A stretch of 53,822 nt of DNA from Coleofasciculus sp. B1-GNL1-01 (GTDB lineage: Bacteria > Cyanobacteriota > Cyanobacteriia > Cyanobacteriales > Coleofasciculaceae): NCBI GenBank assembly GCA_040220235.1, contig JAVJTO010000050.1; one strand, written 5' to 3'. Under the pieces are notes generated by a model that was given only the letters and a program-made list of their open reading frames with translations, did no database searches and was not told where the DNA came from. The translations under genes and the position numbers were made by a program. Shown piece after piece: positions 26,109-35,980 of this stretch (position 1 is its first letter; each line of letters starts with the position of its first letter).

Positions 26109-26720
26109 ATGGCAGAAATCAGTAAAGAACAAATGCGCGAGCGCCTAGGCAATATTGACCAGATCCGAGATATCATCTTCGGCGCTCAACTCCGAGAGTA
26201 CGATAGCCGAATTGACAAAATTGAGTCGAATCTGGCATTGATCCAGCAAGAAATGCGCGATCGCATCGAGCAAACCAAGACTGTCTATGCGACAGAGCTA
26301 CGAGCCGCTGTAGATTCCCTGGAGAAAAAACTGAAGTCGCTGAATATGACAGTTCAAAACGATAATTCAGAGATTCGGCAAACCATCGATATGGTCAACA
26401 AAAAGTTTTCCGGAAATCTGGAATCCCTGGATAATAGTTTAGAAAAACAAACCAATAATTTGCATAACGAACTCTCAGAAACTCGCGAAAAACTCCAAGA
26501 GGACATTAGAAGCCTGAGATCGTATGTTTTTGAAGAACTCGAACGGCGCTTTTCCCTGATTAATGATGGTAAAGTTGCTAAAGATGATATGGCAGACATT
26601 TTGTTTGAATTGGGATTAAGAATTAAAGGAACAGAGTTTGCGCCTGAGCTGAAAGAAGCAGCAGGTAGTGATGTGGATGTTGATGTTCGGCTTTTAGAAG
26701 CCGGTCCCCTTTCGCAGTAA
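26109..26720 (+). CDS. Conserved coiled-coil protein of the OmpA/small-GTPase operon
   Basis: NIDQIRDIIFGAQLREY start, heptad-rich helix, MADILFELGLRI end. Confidence 0.75.
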   Translation: MAEISKEQMRERLGNIDQIRDIIFGAQLREYDSRIDKIESNLALIQQEMRDRIEQTKTVYATELRAAVDSLEKKLKSLNMTVQNDNSEIRQTIDMVNKKFSGNLESLDNSLEKQTNNLHNELSETREKLQEDIRSLRSYVFEELERRFSLINDGKVAKDDMADILFELGLRIKGTEFAPELKEAAGSDVDVDVRLLEAGPLSQ

Positions 26721-26921
26721 AATAAGGGATGATAAATAAATTGTTGTCATTCACTCAAGTGGCTGGTTATTAGTCCTAACGTTCAGCAAAATGTTGGCTC
26801 AAAGCTAGCAATGTAGTGGATGTCCTAGATGAATAGGATTAGAATTGGGTCAAATGCCAACTTTGACTCAATTTGGCATTTACAAACTCGGTGCCGATAT
26901 AGAACAAGGCAGGATCAAATT

Positions 26922-29669
26922 ATGGCTTTACCAGGAAAAAAGGGATCTGCCATATCCCAGCTAGAGGATTTGCTGGATTTATTGATGGATTTACAAGATC
27001 CTAACTCGACTGAAGCCACCACAACAGGAATGTCTTCCGCCAAGGAGAAAGGGGAAACTCAGGAGGAACCCCATACCGATCAGTTACAACAACAGGGAGT
27101 AGAAAAAGATAAAGCAGCAGAGGAAGCAGGGGAAGCAGGGGAAGTAGAGGAAGCAGAGGAAGCAGAGGAAGCAGGGGAAGTAGGGGAAGTAGGGGAAGTA
27201 GAGGAAGCAGGGGAAGTAGAGGAAGCAGAGGAAGCAGAGGAAGCAGAGGAAGCAGAGGAAGCAGAGGAAGATGGAATTATAGCCGATTCGAGTAGTCTGG
27301 AGGATAAATCAACCTCCCAGAATTCAACACCTTCTCAAGAGCAGGAGCAAGCTTGGGAGAGAGATGTTTCAGATTCCGTGAAAAGTAAGACTAATCTAGA
27401 GAAATCCGAGCAAAATCCTACAGATCATTTCGCTGCAAAGGAGACTAAAACAGCAGTAACAAATTTATCCAATGGGGAAACTGAATCATTATTTGACCAT
27501 TCGACGCCTGAACTATCCTCCTCTGAAAACTTGAACTCATTGAATCAATCTCAGATCAACCCAACCTCACCTGAAAACGTGTCTCAAAAATCTACCGACT
27601 CCAGCGATCATTTAATTTCTGATCAACTTTTAACAGCACTAGGAGAGTTGAATCAATCCTCATTAGAGTCAGCCGAAAATGGACTATACTCATCCCAGTT
27701 AAGCGAATCTGATCAGCCAAAAACTGAGGAATTTGAACAGTCAGCCGCCTCCTCGTCTCAGCTTCAACATATACCTGAAAACCAGAACCAGGAATCCCTC
27801 ACTTCGTATGATGCAAATATTGAGGATGAATTTGAACGATTGCAAAAATTACTCCTAACTCCCGATATCCTCGATTCGCAAGAAGGGATTGAACTACTCA
27901 AAGAAAAATTTTCCTCTTTAGAAAATCAAATTTATGATCCGAGTAATTTAATTAAATTAATGCTGCCATTAATTACTCAAATTTTAAGCATGAAAATTGC
28001 TGAAGCTAGAGAAGAAATGGCAAGTGCGATCGCGCCCATTGTGGATGAGATGATCGAGGCGAAAACCAAAGAAGATAAAGAGGGCATCTGTTCCGCCTTA
28101 GCGCCGATTATCCCCTCCGCCGTTAACTATCAAATTCTCAGTAATCCCGGTGAATTTGCCCGAGCCATTGCCCCAGAAATGAGTGCGGCGATTAAAGAAC
28201 AAATTGATATTGAACGGGATGCCATGGTAGACGCCCTTTATCCAGTTATGGGGGGGACGTTCTATAAATATTTGTCCGAAGCAATGCGGGCGATTGATCA
28301 AAAATTAGAAAACTCCTTAAGTCCGGAGGGAATTGCTCGCAAAATTCGGGCGAAAAGTCAGGGAATCTCTGAGGCAGAACTCATATTTAAAGAGTCGATG
28401 CCATTTAGCATCCAAGCAATTTTTCTGATTCACAAAGCCTCAGGATTAGTGATTGCTGAAGTTCAACCCTTTGGCAAACAACACTTGGAATCAGATATGG
28501 TGGCGGGGATGCTAACCGCCATTCGCAGTTTTGTGAATGATTGTATTATGCAATCCGGTGAAATCTCCGAACTCGATCGCATCGAATATGGACATTGTGA
28601 CATTCTCCTGGAAGTCGCTGGGTACTGTTATCTGGCTGTGGTGACACAAGGCGATCCGCCGAAGTCATTTATCGACAAAATGCGCGAGGCTTTAAGTACG
28701 ATCGTTCTTCGCCATGGGAAGGCGATCGAATCCTTTGATGGTGATCCGGATAATGTACCGGATCAAATCCCCTCCCTTCTGGAATCATTAACCATCGTTA
28801 ATCCCAAATCCGAAAAGCCGCCGCGTAAAGTTCCTGTCGCCTTGTTAAGCGTTTGTGCTGCTGTATTGGGTTTGATTTTTATTCCTTGGGGTATTCATCT
28901 GCATCGTAGTGGTGTTAATCAGCAGTTTGAGGAAAAAACTGCTGTTGCTTTGGCATCTGATCCCGAACTTGCCGTCTATCGCTTAAACGTGGAAGCCCAA
29001 GGTGATACGATTACCCTATCTGGCAAATTACCGAATCAATATCTCGTCGAAAAAGCGGGACAAATTGCCCAAACGACTCTACCCAATGGTGAGATAGATA
29101 ATGATATCATTGCCATCAAGGTTCCACCCGATCCCGTCGAAGTCGCCGCCGAGGTTGAGCGTGTCACCGCGATCCTCAATCAAACCGAACGTTTGGCAAT
29201 TTGGACGAATTTTCAGGACGGTCAAGTTACCGTAGAAGGCAGTGTCATTCAGGTCAAAGATGCCCAGAAAATCACCGAGGCGTTGGAGGAAATTCCGGGA
29301 GTAGACTCTGTAACCAACACCGTGCAACTACAACCTCTAGCCTTAGCCTCTCGCATCTACTTCGATCTCAATTCCGCTGACTTAAAAGCCTCAGAACAAG
29401 CCAAAATGGACGCCTTGACTGCATTCCTCAACGATTACCCCAACCAATCCCTGCGAGTCATTGGTCATAGTGATCCCAGTGGTACACCCTTAGAAAATCA
29501 GGAATTAGCCCTGGAACGGGCAAAAACCGTCGCGGAAGCCCTAGTGCGTCAAGGGATTGATGCGAGACGCTTAGAAGTGTCCGGAACCACCAAACCCCCC
29601 ACAGGCGTGTATGCGGATGAACCCCATAAGTACAGCCGATTCGTCGAATTTGAGGCGATCGCCCGTTAA
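26922..29669 (+). CDS. Membrane protein: acidic tail, helical repeats, longin/roadblock-like domain, TM helix, BON x2, OmpA-like domain
   Basis: IFLIHKASGLVI...MLTAIRSFV; one TM helix (LLSVCAAVLGLIFIPWG); C-terminal IYFD, IGHSD, NQELALERA; start placed at MALPGKK. Confidence 0.8.
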   Translation: MALPGKKGSAISQLEDLLDLLMDLQDPNSTEATTTGMSSAKEKGETQEEPHTDQLQQQGVEKDKAAEEAGEAGEVEEAEEAEEAGEVGEVGEVEEAGEVEEAEEAEEAEEAEEAEEDGIIADSSSLEDKSTSQNSTPSQEQEQAWERDVSDSVKSKTNLEKSEQNPTDHFAAKETKTAVTNLSNGETESLFDHSTPELSSSENLNSLNQSQINPTSPENVSQKSTDSSDHLISDQLLTALGELNQSSLESAENGLYSSQLSESDQPKTEEFEQSAASSSQLQHIPENQNQESLTSYDANIEDEFERLQKLLLTPDILDSQEGIELLKEKFSSLENQIYDPSNLIKLMLPLITQILSMKIAEAREEMASAIAPIVDEMIEAKTKEDKEGICSALAPIIPSAVNYQILSNPGEFARAIAPEMSAAIKEQIDIERDAMVDALYPVMGGTFYKYLSEAMRAIDQKLENSLSPEGIARKIRAKSQGISEAELIFKESMPFSIQAIFLIHKASGLVIAEVQPFGKQHLESDMVAGMLTAIRSFVNDCIMQSGEISELDRIEYGHCDILLEVAGYCYLAVVTQGDPPKSFIDKMREALSTIVLRHGKAIESFDGDPDNVPDQIPSLLESLTIVNPKSEKPPRKVPVALLSVCAAVLGLIFIPWGIHLHRSGVNQQFEEKTAVALASDPELAVYRLNVEAQGDTITLSGKLPNQYLVEKAGQIAQTTLPNGEIDNDIIAIKVPPDPVEVAAEVERVTAILNQTERLAIWTNFQDGQVTVEGSVIQVKDAQKITEALEEIPGVDSVTNTVQLQPLALASRIYFDLNSADLKASEQAKMDALTAFLNDYPNQSLRVIGHSDPSGTPLENQELALERAKTVAEALVRQGIDARRLEVSGTTKPPTGVYADEPHKYSRFVEFEAIAR
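27111..27271 (+). repeat. In-frame 9-bp tandem repeat (GAAGYAGRG)
   Basis: Encodes (EEA/GEA/GEV)n. Confidence 0.9.
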
Positions 29670-29747
29670 CAGCATAAGTAGTCGGACATAATTAAAGTTA
29701 AACATGAGGACAAGGGAACAGGGAACAGTAAAAAGGATTACCCCGAA

Positions 29748-29956
29748 CCAATGACCAATGACCAATGACCAATGACCAATGACCAATGACAAATGACAAA
29801 TGACCAATGACCAATGACCAATGACCAATGACAAATGACCAATGACCAATGACCAATGACCAATGACCAATGACAAATGACCAATGACCAATGACAAATG
29901 ACCAATGACCAATGACAAATGACCAATGACCAATGACAAATGACCAATGACCAATG
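29748..29956 (+). repeat. STRR heptamer array (CC/CA-AATGA), about 30 copies
   Basis: 209 bp of continuous 7-mer repeat ending in the GTPase ATG. Confidence 0.95.
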
Positions 29957-30460
29957 GCTAAAATATCCAAAAAAATTTGTCTCGTCGGTGACTTTGGCGT
30001 AGGCAAAACCAGCTTAATTCGCCGCTTCGTCGAACGCCAGTTTAGCGATCAGTATCTGTCCACCGTCGGTGTGAAGATCTCCCGGAAAACCCTAGAATCC
30101 GTAAATTTACAGTTGCTCATCTGGGACTTGGAGGGACATACTAAATTTAAATCCATCGCTCCCAGTTACTTACAGGGGGCGAGTGGTGTCATCGTCGTGG
30201 CTGATGTCAGCCGCCTGGAAACCGTTGAGCGATTAGATGAACACGTTAACCTGTTTCTATCGGTTAATCCCAAAGGCAAAATTGCCATTGCCTTAAATAA
30301 ATCGGATTTAGTCGAACCGGAAAAACTGAACCAACTGGTTCAAATCGTTCAGGATAAAGACTTAAATCCCGAAGCCGGACTTTATCAAACCTCAGCGAAA
30401 ACAGGTGCTTATGTCGATGAAATTTTTGGACAACTTGCTGATAAGATATTAAGGGCTTAG
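29954..30460 (+). CDS. Rab-like small GTPase (prokaryotic Rup type)
   Basis: G1 GDFGVGKT, G2 YLSTVG, G3 WDLEG, G4 NKSD, G5 TSAK. Confidence 0.92.
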   Translation: MAKISKKICLVGDFGVGKTSLIRRFVERQFSDQYLSTVGVKISRKTLESVNLQLLIWDLEGHTKFKSIAPSYLQGASGVIVVADVSRLETVERLDEHVNLFLSVNPKGKIAIALNKSDLVEPEKLNQLVQIVQDKDLNPEAGLYQTSAKTGAYVDEIFGQLADKILRA

Positions 30461-30467
30461 AATTTGT

Positions 30468-32111
30468 ATGCCGTCCCGCTTAAAAGTATTAGCACCCGAC
30501 TACGAGTATCTCACCCTTGATCCCGAGTTACTCGTTCAAGACTTGTCTGACGGTGTTCCTAATTTTGCGGAATCTCCTCAAGATTTAAAATTAGGCGAAG
30601 ATGTCCGCTTAGCCTTTCCGGAATTAGTCGGTATGGAAGGGGTAATGATGGACATTTTAGCAGGACGGCAGATGAGTTTTCAGTTAGCAGGGATTGTTCG
30701 AGCTGATCAGCATCACACAGCTAAAGCGACTGATTCTCCTTTTTATTTTGATTTACATATTTGTCACCATCAAGATGAGAATGAAAATTATTTAATCCTT
30801 TTCTTTAAGGATGTTACCGAATGGATGATGTTACAGCAAAAATTAATTCAAAAATCAAATGAAACTAATCTATTATTAAGTGCGCTAACTCATTCTAAAA
30901 ATTATATTGATAAAATTATCAGTTCAATGGCTGATGCCCTATTAGTCACTACAGCTTCAGGAGACATCAAAACGGCAAACCGTGCCGCACAAAGTCTATT
31001 TGGATACAAGATAGACGAATTAGTCGGACAACCGATTACCAAAATTATTAAAAATCAAGACTTTTTAAATAACTTAAGTCATTTATCACCGGATAGTTCG
31101 ACATTTCAGGACATCGAATTAAATTGCCTGACTAAACAGAGTGAAACCGTCGCTGTAGCGTTTTCTTGTTCGGCTTTGATAACTGATCTAGAAGGTTCAC
31201 TCAATTTCGTCTATGTCGGTCGAGATTTGACCCAGCGTAAACTTTTGGAAGCGGAAATGCTTCAGGCGCTAGAGCGAGAAAAAGAACTTACGGAACTAAA
31301 ATCTCGCTTTATTTCCATGACAAGTCATGAATTCCGGGTTCCGTTAACGGCGGTTTATTCCTCGACCGAATTACTGGAACAGTATAGTCATAACTGGGCG
31401 GAGGAGAAAAAGTTCAAACACTTTAATCGAATTAAAGACTCAGTGAACCGCATGACAACCCTATTAGATGATGTGTTGATTGTCAACAAAGCGGAATCCG
31501 GCAAATTGGAGTTTAATCCTCAACCCTTAAATTTAAACCAGTTGTGCCGGGATTTAGTCGAAGACATTGAACTAGGTATCGGTAAGCAGCATGAAATCAG
31601 TTGGATTAATTCAGGTATGGCGAGCAAGGCTTGCATGGATGAAAAACTCCTGCGGCATATTTTGACTAATTTGCTGACAAATGCGGTAAAGTATTCACCG
31701 CCAGGTTCTACCGTGCAGTTTAACTGTCACTGTCGAGAACAGGAGGTTCTGTTTGAAATTAAAGACCAAGGGATTGGCATTCCTCCAGAGGATCAAAAGC
31801 GACTTTTTGAGTCCTTCCATCGGGCTAAAAATGTGGGTAATATTCAGGGAACAGGTTTAGGTTTATCCATTGTCAAAAAATCGGTTGATTTACACGGGGG
31901 TAAATTGGCGGTTCACAGTGAAGTGGGTGTGGGTACAACGTTTACAGTCATGTTACCCCTAGGAGATGGGGGAGCAGGGGGAGCAGGGGGAGCAAGGGGA
32001 GCAGGGGAAGCAGGGGAAGCAAGGGGAGCAGGGGAAGCAAGGGGAGCAGGGGAAGCAGGGGGAGAAAAAAATAAATTAGAGCTTCTCCGAAACACAGATT
32101 ACACAGATTGA
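30468..32111 (+). CDS. PAS-domain sensor histidine kinase
   Basis: SHEFRVPL H-box, [24 protein letters not shown] domains N-terminal. Confidence 0.92.
   Translation: MPSRLKVLAPDYEYLTLDPELLVQDLSDGVPNFAESPQDLKLGEDVRLAFPELVGMEGVMMDILAGRQMSFQLAGIVRADQHHTAKATDSPFYFDLHICHHQDENENYLILFFKDVTEWMMLQQKLIQKSNETNLLLSALTHSKNYIDKIISSMADALLVTTASGDIKTANRAAQSLFGYKIDELVGQPITKIIKNQDFLNNLSHLSPDSSTFQDIELNCLTKQSETVAVAFSCSALITDLEGSLNFVYVGRDLTQRKLLEAEMLQALEREKELTELKSRFISMTSHEFRVPLTAVYSSTELLEQYSHNWAEEKKFKHFNRIKDSVNRMTTLLDDVLIVNKAESGKLEFNPQPLNLNQLCRDLVEDIELGIGKQHEISWINSGMASKACMDEKLLRHILTNLLTNAVKYSPPGSTVQFNCHCREQEVLFEIKDQGIGIPPEDQKRLFESFHRAKNVGNIQGTGLGLSIVKKSVDLHGGKLAVHSEVGVGTTFTVMLPLGDGGAGGAGGARGAGEAGEARGAGEARGAGEAGGEKNKLELLRNTDYTD
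31968..32064 (+). repeat. In-frame 9-bp repeat at the kinase 3' end
   Basis: (GGAGCAGGG/GAAGCAAGG)n encoding G/A/E/R. Confidence 0.85.
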
Positions 32112-32164
32112 ATAACACTCTCCAGAAGTCTCACGATTAAATGACACAGATTAACACAGACAAG

Positions 32165-32268
32165 AAACCCCCTTTTTGCCTTGGCGACTAAAAGTCGCAG
32201 CTACACAAACAAAGTCCGCCTGCGCGGACTAGATTATAAAGGGGGTGGCTAACCCGGATTTGGTATCA
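32165..32268 (+). repeat. About 100-bp dispersed repeat, copy 1
   Basis: GGCGACT..AAGTCGCAGCTACACAAACAAAGTCCGCCTGCGCGGACT...GGATTTGGTATCA; other copies at 34442-34524 (minus), 37465-37567 and 38728-38818. Confidence 0.85.
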
Positions 32269-32272
32269 CAGC

Positions 32273-32452
32273 CCCACCGCTACCGTAAATCTGTGAAATC
32301 AGTGTGACTAACCTCTGACACCCCACCACTACCGTTTCAATAAATCTGTGAAATCAGTGTTTCCACCGCTACCCTAAATCCGTGAAATCAGTGTAACTAA
32401 CCTGTGACACCCTCTCCACCACCGTTTCAATAAATCCGTGAAATCAGTGTTT
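32273..32452. repeat. About 89-bp tandem duplication containing 4x TAAATCYGTGAAATCAGTGT
   Basis: Direct repeats; complementary to ACACAGATTACACAGATT at about 32092. Confidence 0.75.
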
Positions 32453-32528
32453 ACAGGGCTGGTTTTGAGAAAACGTTATCATCAACAGCGAAACGCAACA
32501 GTGCTAACCCCGCCCCTACTTCAAAACT

Positions 32529-34259
32529 ATGACTGGTTCTATTCAAACCCTACCAATGGAGGTTGTTAACTTAATTGCGGCTGGCGAGGTGATTGATTCC
32601 TTAGCCGCCGTGGTACGAGAATTGGTGGAAAATGCTTTGGATGCGGGGGCGACGCGCATCGCTGTGGCTGTATGGTTTGATTTGTGGCGCGTGCGCGTGG
32701 CAGATAATGGCACGGGTATGGACTTGACAGATTTACAACAAGCTGCATCAGCCCACAGTACCAGCAAAATTCAAAGTCGCGATGATTTATACAAGATTAC
32801 CAGTTTGGGATTTCGCGGTGAAGCCTTGCATAGTATTGCAGCGTTAGCCGAATTGGAGATATGCAGCCGACTGACAGGTACATTGAATGGATGGCGCTGT
32901 AGGTATAATACCGAGGGAGAAGCAGAAGACACAGAAGCGGTTGCGATCGCGCCAGGTACCGTGGTGACTGTCTCGAATCTATTTGGCAAGTGGCGTCTGC
33001 GTCGTCAGGGATTACCGTCGAGGAGTCAACAACAACGCATAATCCAAGCCACGATACAGAATATAGCCCTTTGCCATCCATCGGTGACTTGGCAAGTTCA
33101 GCAAAGCGATCGCTCCTGGTTTACAATTAGTCCGGGTAAAACGACTCAACAGATCATCCCACAACTTCTCAAACAGGTTCGGGTGCATGACTTGCAGCAA
33201 TTAACCGTAGATGTTCCTACACCAGAGGAGGGGAGTGCAGGGGAGATAAGGGAGTTTACTTACAACTCAACCCCAAAGACGCGCCATGGCGCGTCTCTAC
33301 ATTTAGTGTTAGGATTGCCTGATCGCTGTCACCGTCGCCGCCCGGATTGGGTTAAAGTAGCGACAAATGGACGGTTAGTGCGATCGCCAGAATTGGAACA
33401 AACGATTCTCACCGCCATGGCGAAAACCTTACCACGCGATCGCTATCCAATTTGTTTTATTCACCTACAAATTTGCCCCAGTCAAATTGATTGGAATCGT
33501 CATCCCGCCAAAGCCGAAATTTATCTGCATTCCCTTTCCTATTGGCAAGAACAGATTAGCCAAGCCATTGAACAAGCCTTGCGGATTGGGGCGGAAAATT
33601 TCGACACCGCCTCTCAATCCCATCGCGTCGGCAAATTACTGACAGCCTCGGCAAAAAAGGGCGTTTATCACTTGGATGAGTCACCAAAACAGGAGCGTAA
33701 TACTTCGGATATTGGCTTAGTTGAATTAAAAGCCGTTGCCCAAGTACGTAACATGTATATTCTGGCAGAACATGATACAGGAATGTGGTTAATTGAGCAA
33801 CACATTGCCCATGAACGAGTCTTGTACGAACAACTGTGCGATCGCTGGCAACTGGTTCCCCTAGAACCGCCCGTAATTCTCAACCATTTAACCCCCGTTC
33901 AACTCGAACAACTGCAACGGATTGGCTTAGAAATAGAACCCTTTGGCGATCAAATGTGGGCTGTTCGCAACGCACCCGCCCTACTGCACCAGCGAGATGA
34001 TTGTGCTGATGCCCTATTAGAACTCAGTTTAGGTGGAGACTTACAAAACGCACAAGTTGCCACAGCTTGTCGCAGTGCAATTCGCAATGGCACACCCTTA
34101 ACCTTAGACCAGATGCAGACATTATTAAATCAATGGAAAATGACCCGCCATCCCCGCACCTGTCCCCATGGGCGTCCGATTTACTTACCCCTAGAAGAAT
34201 CAGCGCTAGCTCGTTTTTTCCGTCGTCATTGGGTGATTGGCAAAAGCCATGGCATTTAA
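32529..34259 (+). CDS. mutL: DNA mismatch repair endonuclease MutL
   Basis: LIAAGEVI, ELVENALDAGA, LGFRGEAL, EQHIAHERVLYE, ACRSAI, CPHGRP. Confidence 0.97.
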   Translation: MTGSIQTLPMEVVNLIAAGEVIDSLAAVVRELVENALDAGATRIAVAVWFDLWRVRVADNGTGMDLTDLQQAASAHSTSKIQSRDDLYKITSLGFRGEALHSIAALAELEICSRLTGTLNGWRCRYNTEGEAEDTEAVAIAPGTVVTVSNLFGKWRLRRQGLPSRSQQQRIIQATIQNIALCHPSVTWQVQQSDRSWFTISPGKTTQQIIPQLLKQVRVHDLQQLTVDVPTPEEGSAGEIREFTYNSTPKTRHGASLHLVLGLPDRCHRRRPDWVKVATNGRLVRSPELEQTILTAMAKTLPRDRYPICFIHLQICPSQIDWNRHPAKAEIYLHSLSYWQEQISQAIEQALRIGAENFDTASQSHRVGKLLTASAKKGVYHLDESPKQERNTSDIGLVELKAVAQVRNMYILAEHDTGMWLIEQHIAHERVLYEQLCDRWQLVPLEPPVILNHLTPVQLEQLQRIGLEIEPFGDQMWAVRNAPALLHQRDDCADALLELSLGGDLQNAQVATACRSAIRNGTPLTLDQMQTLLNQWKMTRHPRTCPHGRPIYLPLEESALARFFRRHWVIGKSHGI

Positions 34260-34358
34260 TGTTTGTAGTTGCGCTTTAGCGCCATAATCGTATCGCTAGA
34301 GCAGTTAACTTAAGCCCTTAACTAAAGTTAGGGCTAAAAGCTAAAACCCGTTAAAACG

Positions 34359-34443
34359 GGTTCAATTTTATGGGCGCGTTGAGAGTTGAGTTGTAAGCCA
34401 TAGCGCAATTTCATAACCGTGATCACAGAAACCGTAATGTCAT
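34359..34443 (-). pseudogene. Internal fragment of a vapC PIN gene
   Basis: Homologous to about 38125-38209. Confidence 0.7.
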
Positions 34444-34524
34444 AATAAATCCGAGTTAGCTACCCCCCTTATAACCCAGTCCGCGCAGGCGGACTTTGTT
34501 TGTGTAGCAGCGATTTCAATCGCC
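34442..34524 (-). repeat. About 100-bp dispersed repeat, copy 2 (inverted)
   Basis: AGTCCGCGCAGGCGGACTTTGTTTGTGTAGC. Confidence 0.8.
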
Positions 34525-34532
34525 TTGTTGGA

Positions 34533-35165
34533 TCAGCTTTTGTTCTGTCGTATCCCATTAATAAACGCCATTCTCGCCTCAACTATATCAGACATTAACA
34601 CACAGCGCACCAGCAACTCTAAATCTAATTTAGGTAAAAACTCACTGCGCTCAACTTGCTCATAGTCATTTTGCCGAAAACGGTAGATGAAAATCTTATT
34701 CTTTTGCCAAAACCAAACTTCAGGAATTTGAAACCGCTTGTACTTTTTGAGTTTATCCGTTCCGCCACTGGTGAGAGCCACTTCAATTGCCAGATCAGGA
34801 TGGTCTTTCTTTGTGCCAATATAGTAAGACTCATCGGGAGCAAAGGAAGCCCCTTTCATTTCAGCTTCACGAGTGGCATTCCCAATCGGAATAAATCGAA
34901 TACCCGTTTCAAATAAATAGGCTTCTATGAGAATCGCGAGAAATTTTTTAATCATTTCATGGTCTTCACCTGTCGTCATGAACTCCACACACCCATCAAG
35001 ATAAGTTAACTTTAATCCAGGAACCTCTTGCATCACGGCTTGAATTGCTTTGAATTGCTGCCAATTATAACGTCCGGGTAGGATAAAATACTGGTCGTTA
35101 ACTGGGTTTTGTTGTTCTGTAAGTTGTATAGTCATAGTGAATTTAAACTTTTCGGAGGAGTACAC
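34533..35165 (-). CDS. Uma2/DUF820 family endonuclease
   Basis: LTYLDGCVEFM, APDESY, PDLAIEVA, IPEVWFW; true start may be MTIQL. Confidence 0.85.
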   Translation of the reverse strand: MYSSEKFKFTMTIQLTEQQNPVNDQYFILPGRYNWQQFKAIQAVMQEVPGLKLTYLDGCVEFMTTGEDHEMIKKFLAILIEAYLFETGIRFIPIGNATREAEMKGASFAPDESYYIGTKKDHPDLAIEVALTSGGTDKLKKYKRFQIPEVWFWQKNKIFIYRFRQNDYEQVERSEFLPKLDLELLVRCVLMSDIVEARMAFINGIRQNKS

Positions 35166-35209
35166 AAATGCTTAGTAATAATTAAGCCAATCGAGACAAG
35201 TTTCAGTAT

Positions 35210-35980
35210 CTATTGAATTAGAGCGGGTAATCGTTGCTCAACTTCACCGATATAGTCTACCAAACCTGTATGAATACCTCTTTCGCGCAGAAGTTCTAAG
35301 TCTGTATCTTCCCAACACTGCTGTTCGCGTCTCATATCTCCGTCTGTTAGTTGTTCAACTATAACTTTCGCATTTCTCATTCGATCAGGTTCTTTCCGTG
35401 AAGTAGAGCGTAATCTGTGTGATTCCGTACAAGGATCAAAGGTTAATTTAGTTTTTATTTCTGCTAAAATTTGTTTTTCTTGTTGATTCAAGGGAACAAA
35501 TCCATTTAAAACCCATGCCTCACGTTTGGGATTCGCTGTACCAATAATAATTTCTAATAAAGGTTGTCGATTAACCTGTTCTAAGCGTGCTTGTTCAAGC
35601 CCCTGGCGGCGTTCTGGTTGATTATCTACATCACGGATAAAGAGAATTGCCTTAATCTGTCGTGTTTTTTGCAGGAAACGAACCAAATTCAGGACTTTTA
35701 CAGATATTGCCCCATCAGCTTTTAACGGTTCACCCTTTCTATCATGACCCAAAAATCGTGGCGGTTTAAATCTCAGTTGTTCTTTTGCCTCGTCAATAAT
35801 TTTACCAATGTCACTCCAGCAGGAATGTTGTGTTCCATTTTGTAATCCACTCCACTGGAAAAAATACTGAAGATTATCCTCATCTAACCAATCTACTTTC
35901 TCGACCAAAACACGCTCAGCTAATGTGGTAGCCGTTCGTGCATCTGCACCACTTTCCACAATAACAATAAACTCAGTCAC
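35210..35980 (-). CDS. TOPRIM-like (DUF4276-like) partner of an ABC ATPase
   Basis: IVIVESGAD, FIRDVD, REAWVL; GTG start overlaps the ATPase stop. Confidence 0.6.
   Translation of the reverse strand: MTEFIVIVESGADARTATTLAERVLVEKVDWLDEDNLQYFFQWSGLQNGTQHSCWSDIGKIIDEAKEQLRFKPPRFLGHDRKGEPLKADGAISVKVLNLVRFLQKTRQIKAILFIRDVDNQPERRQGLEQARLEQVNRQPLLEIIIGTANPKREAWVLNGFVPLNQQEKQILAEIKTKLTFDPCTESHRLRSTSRKEPDRMRNAKVIVEQLTDGDMRREQQCWEDTDLELLRERGIHTGLVDYIGEVEQRLPALIQ

Noticed and set aside
29571..30006. ORFs of VIGHWSL repeats
   Set aside because: Artefacts of translating the antisense strand of the STRR array.
32273..32452. CRISPR-like 4x 20-bp repeats
   Set aside because: Spacers alternate long and short and are themselves duplicated; no cas genes; this is a tandem duplication.
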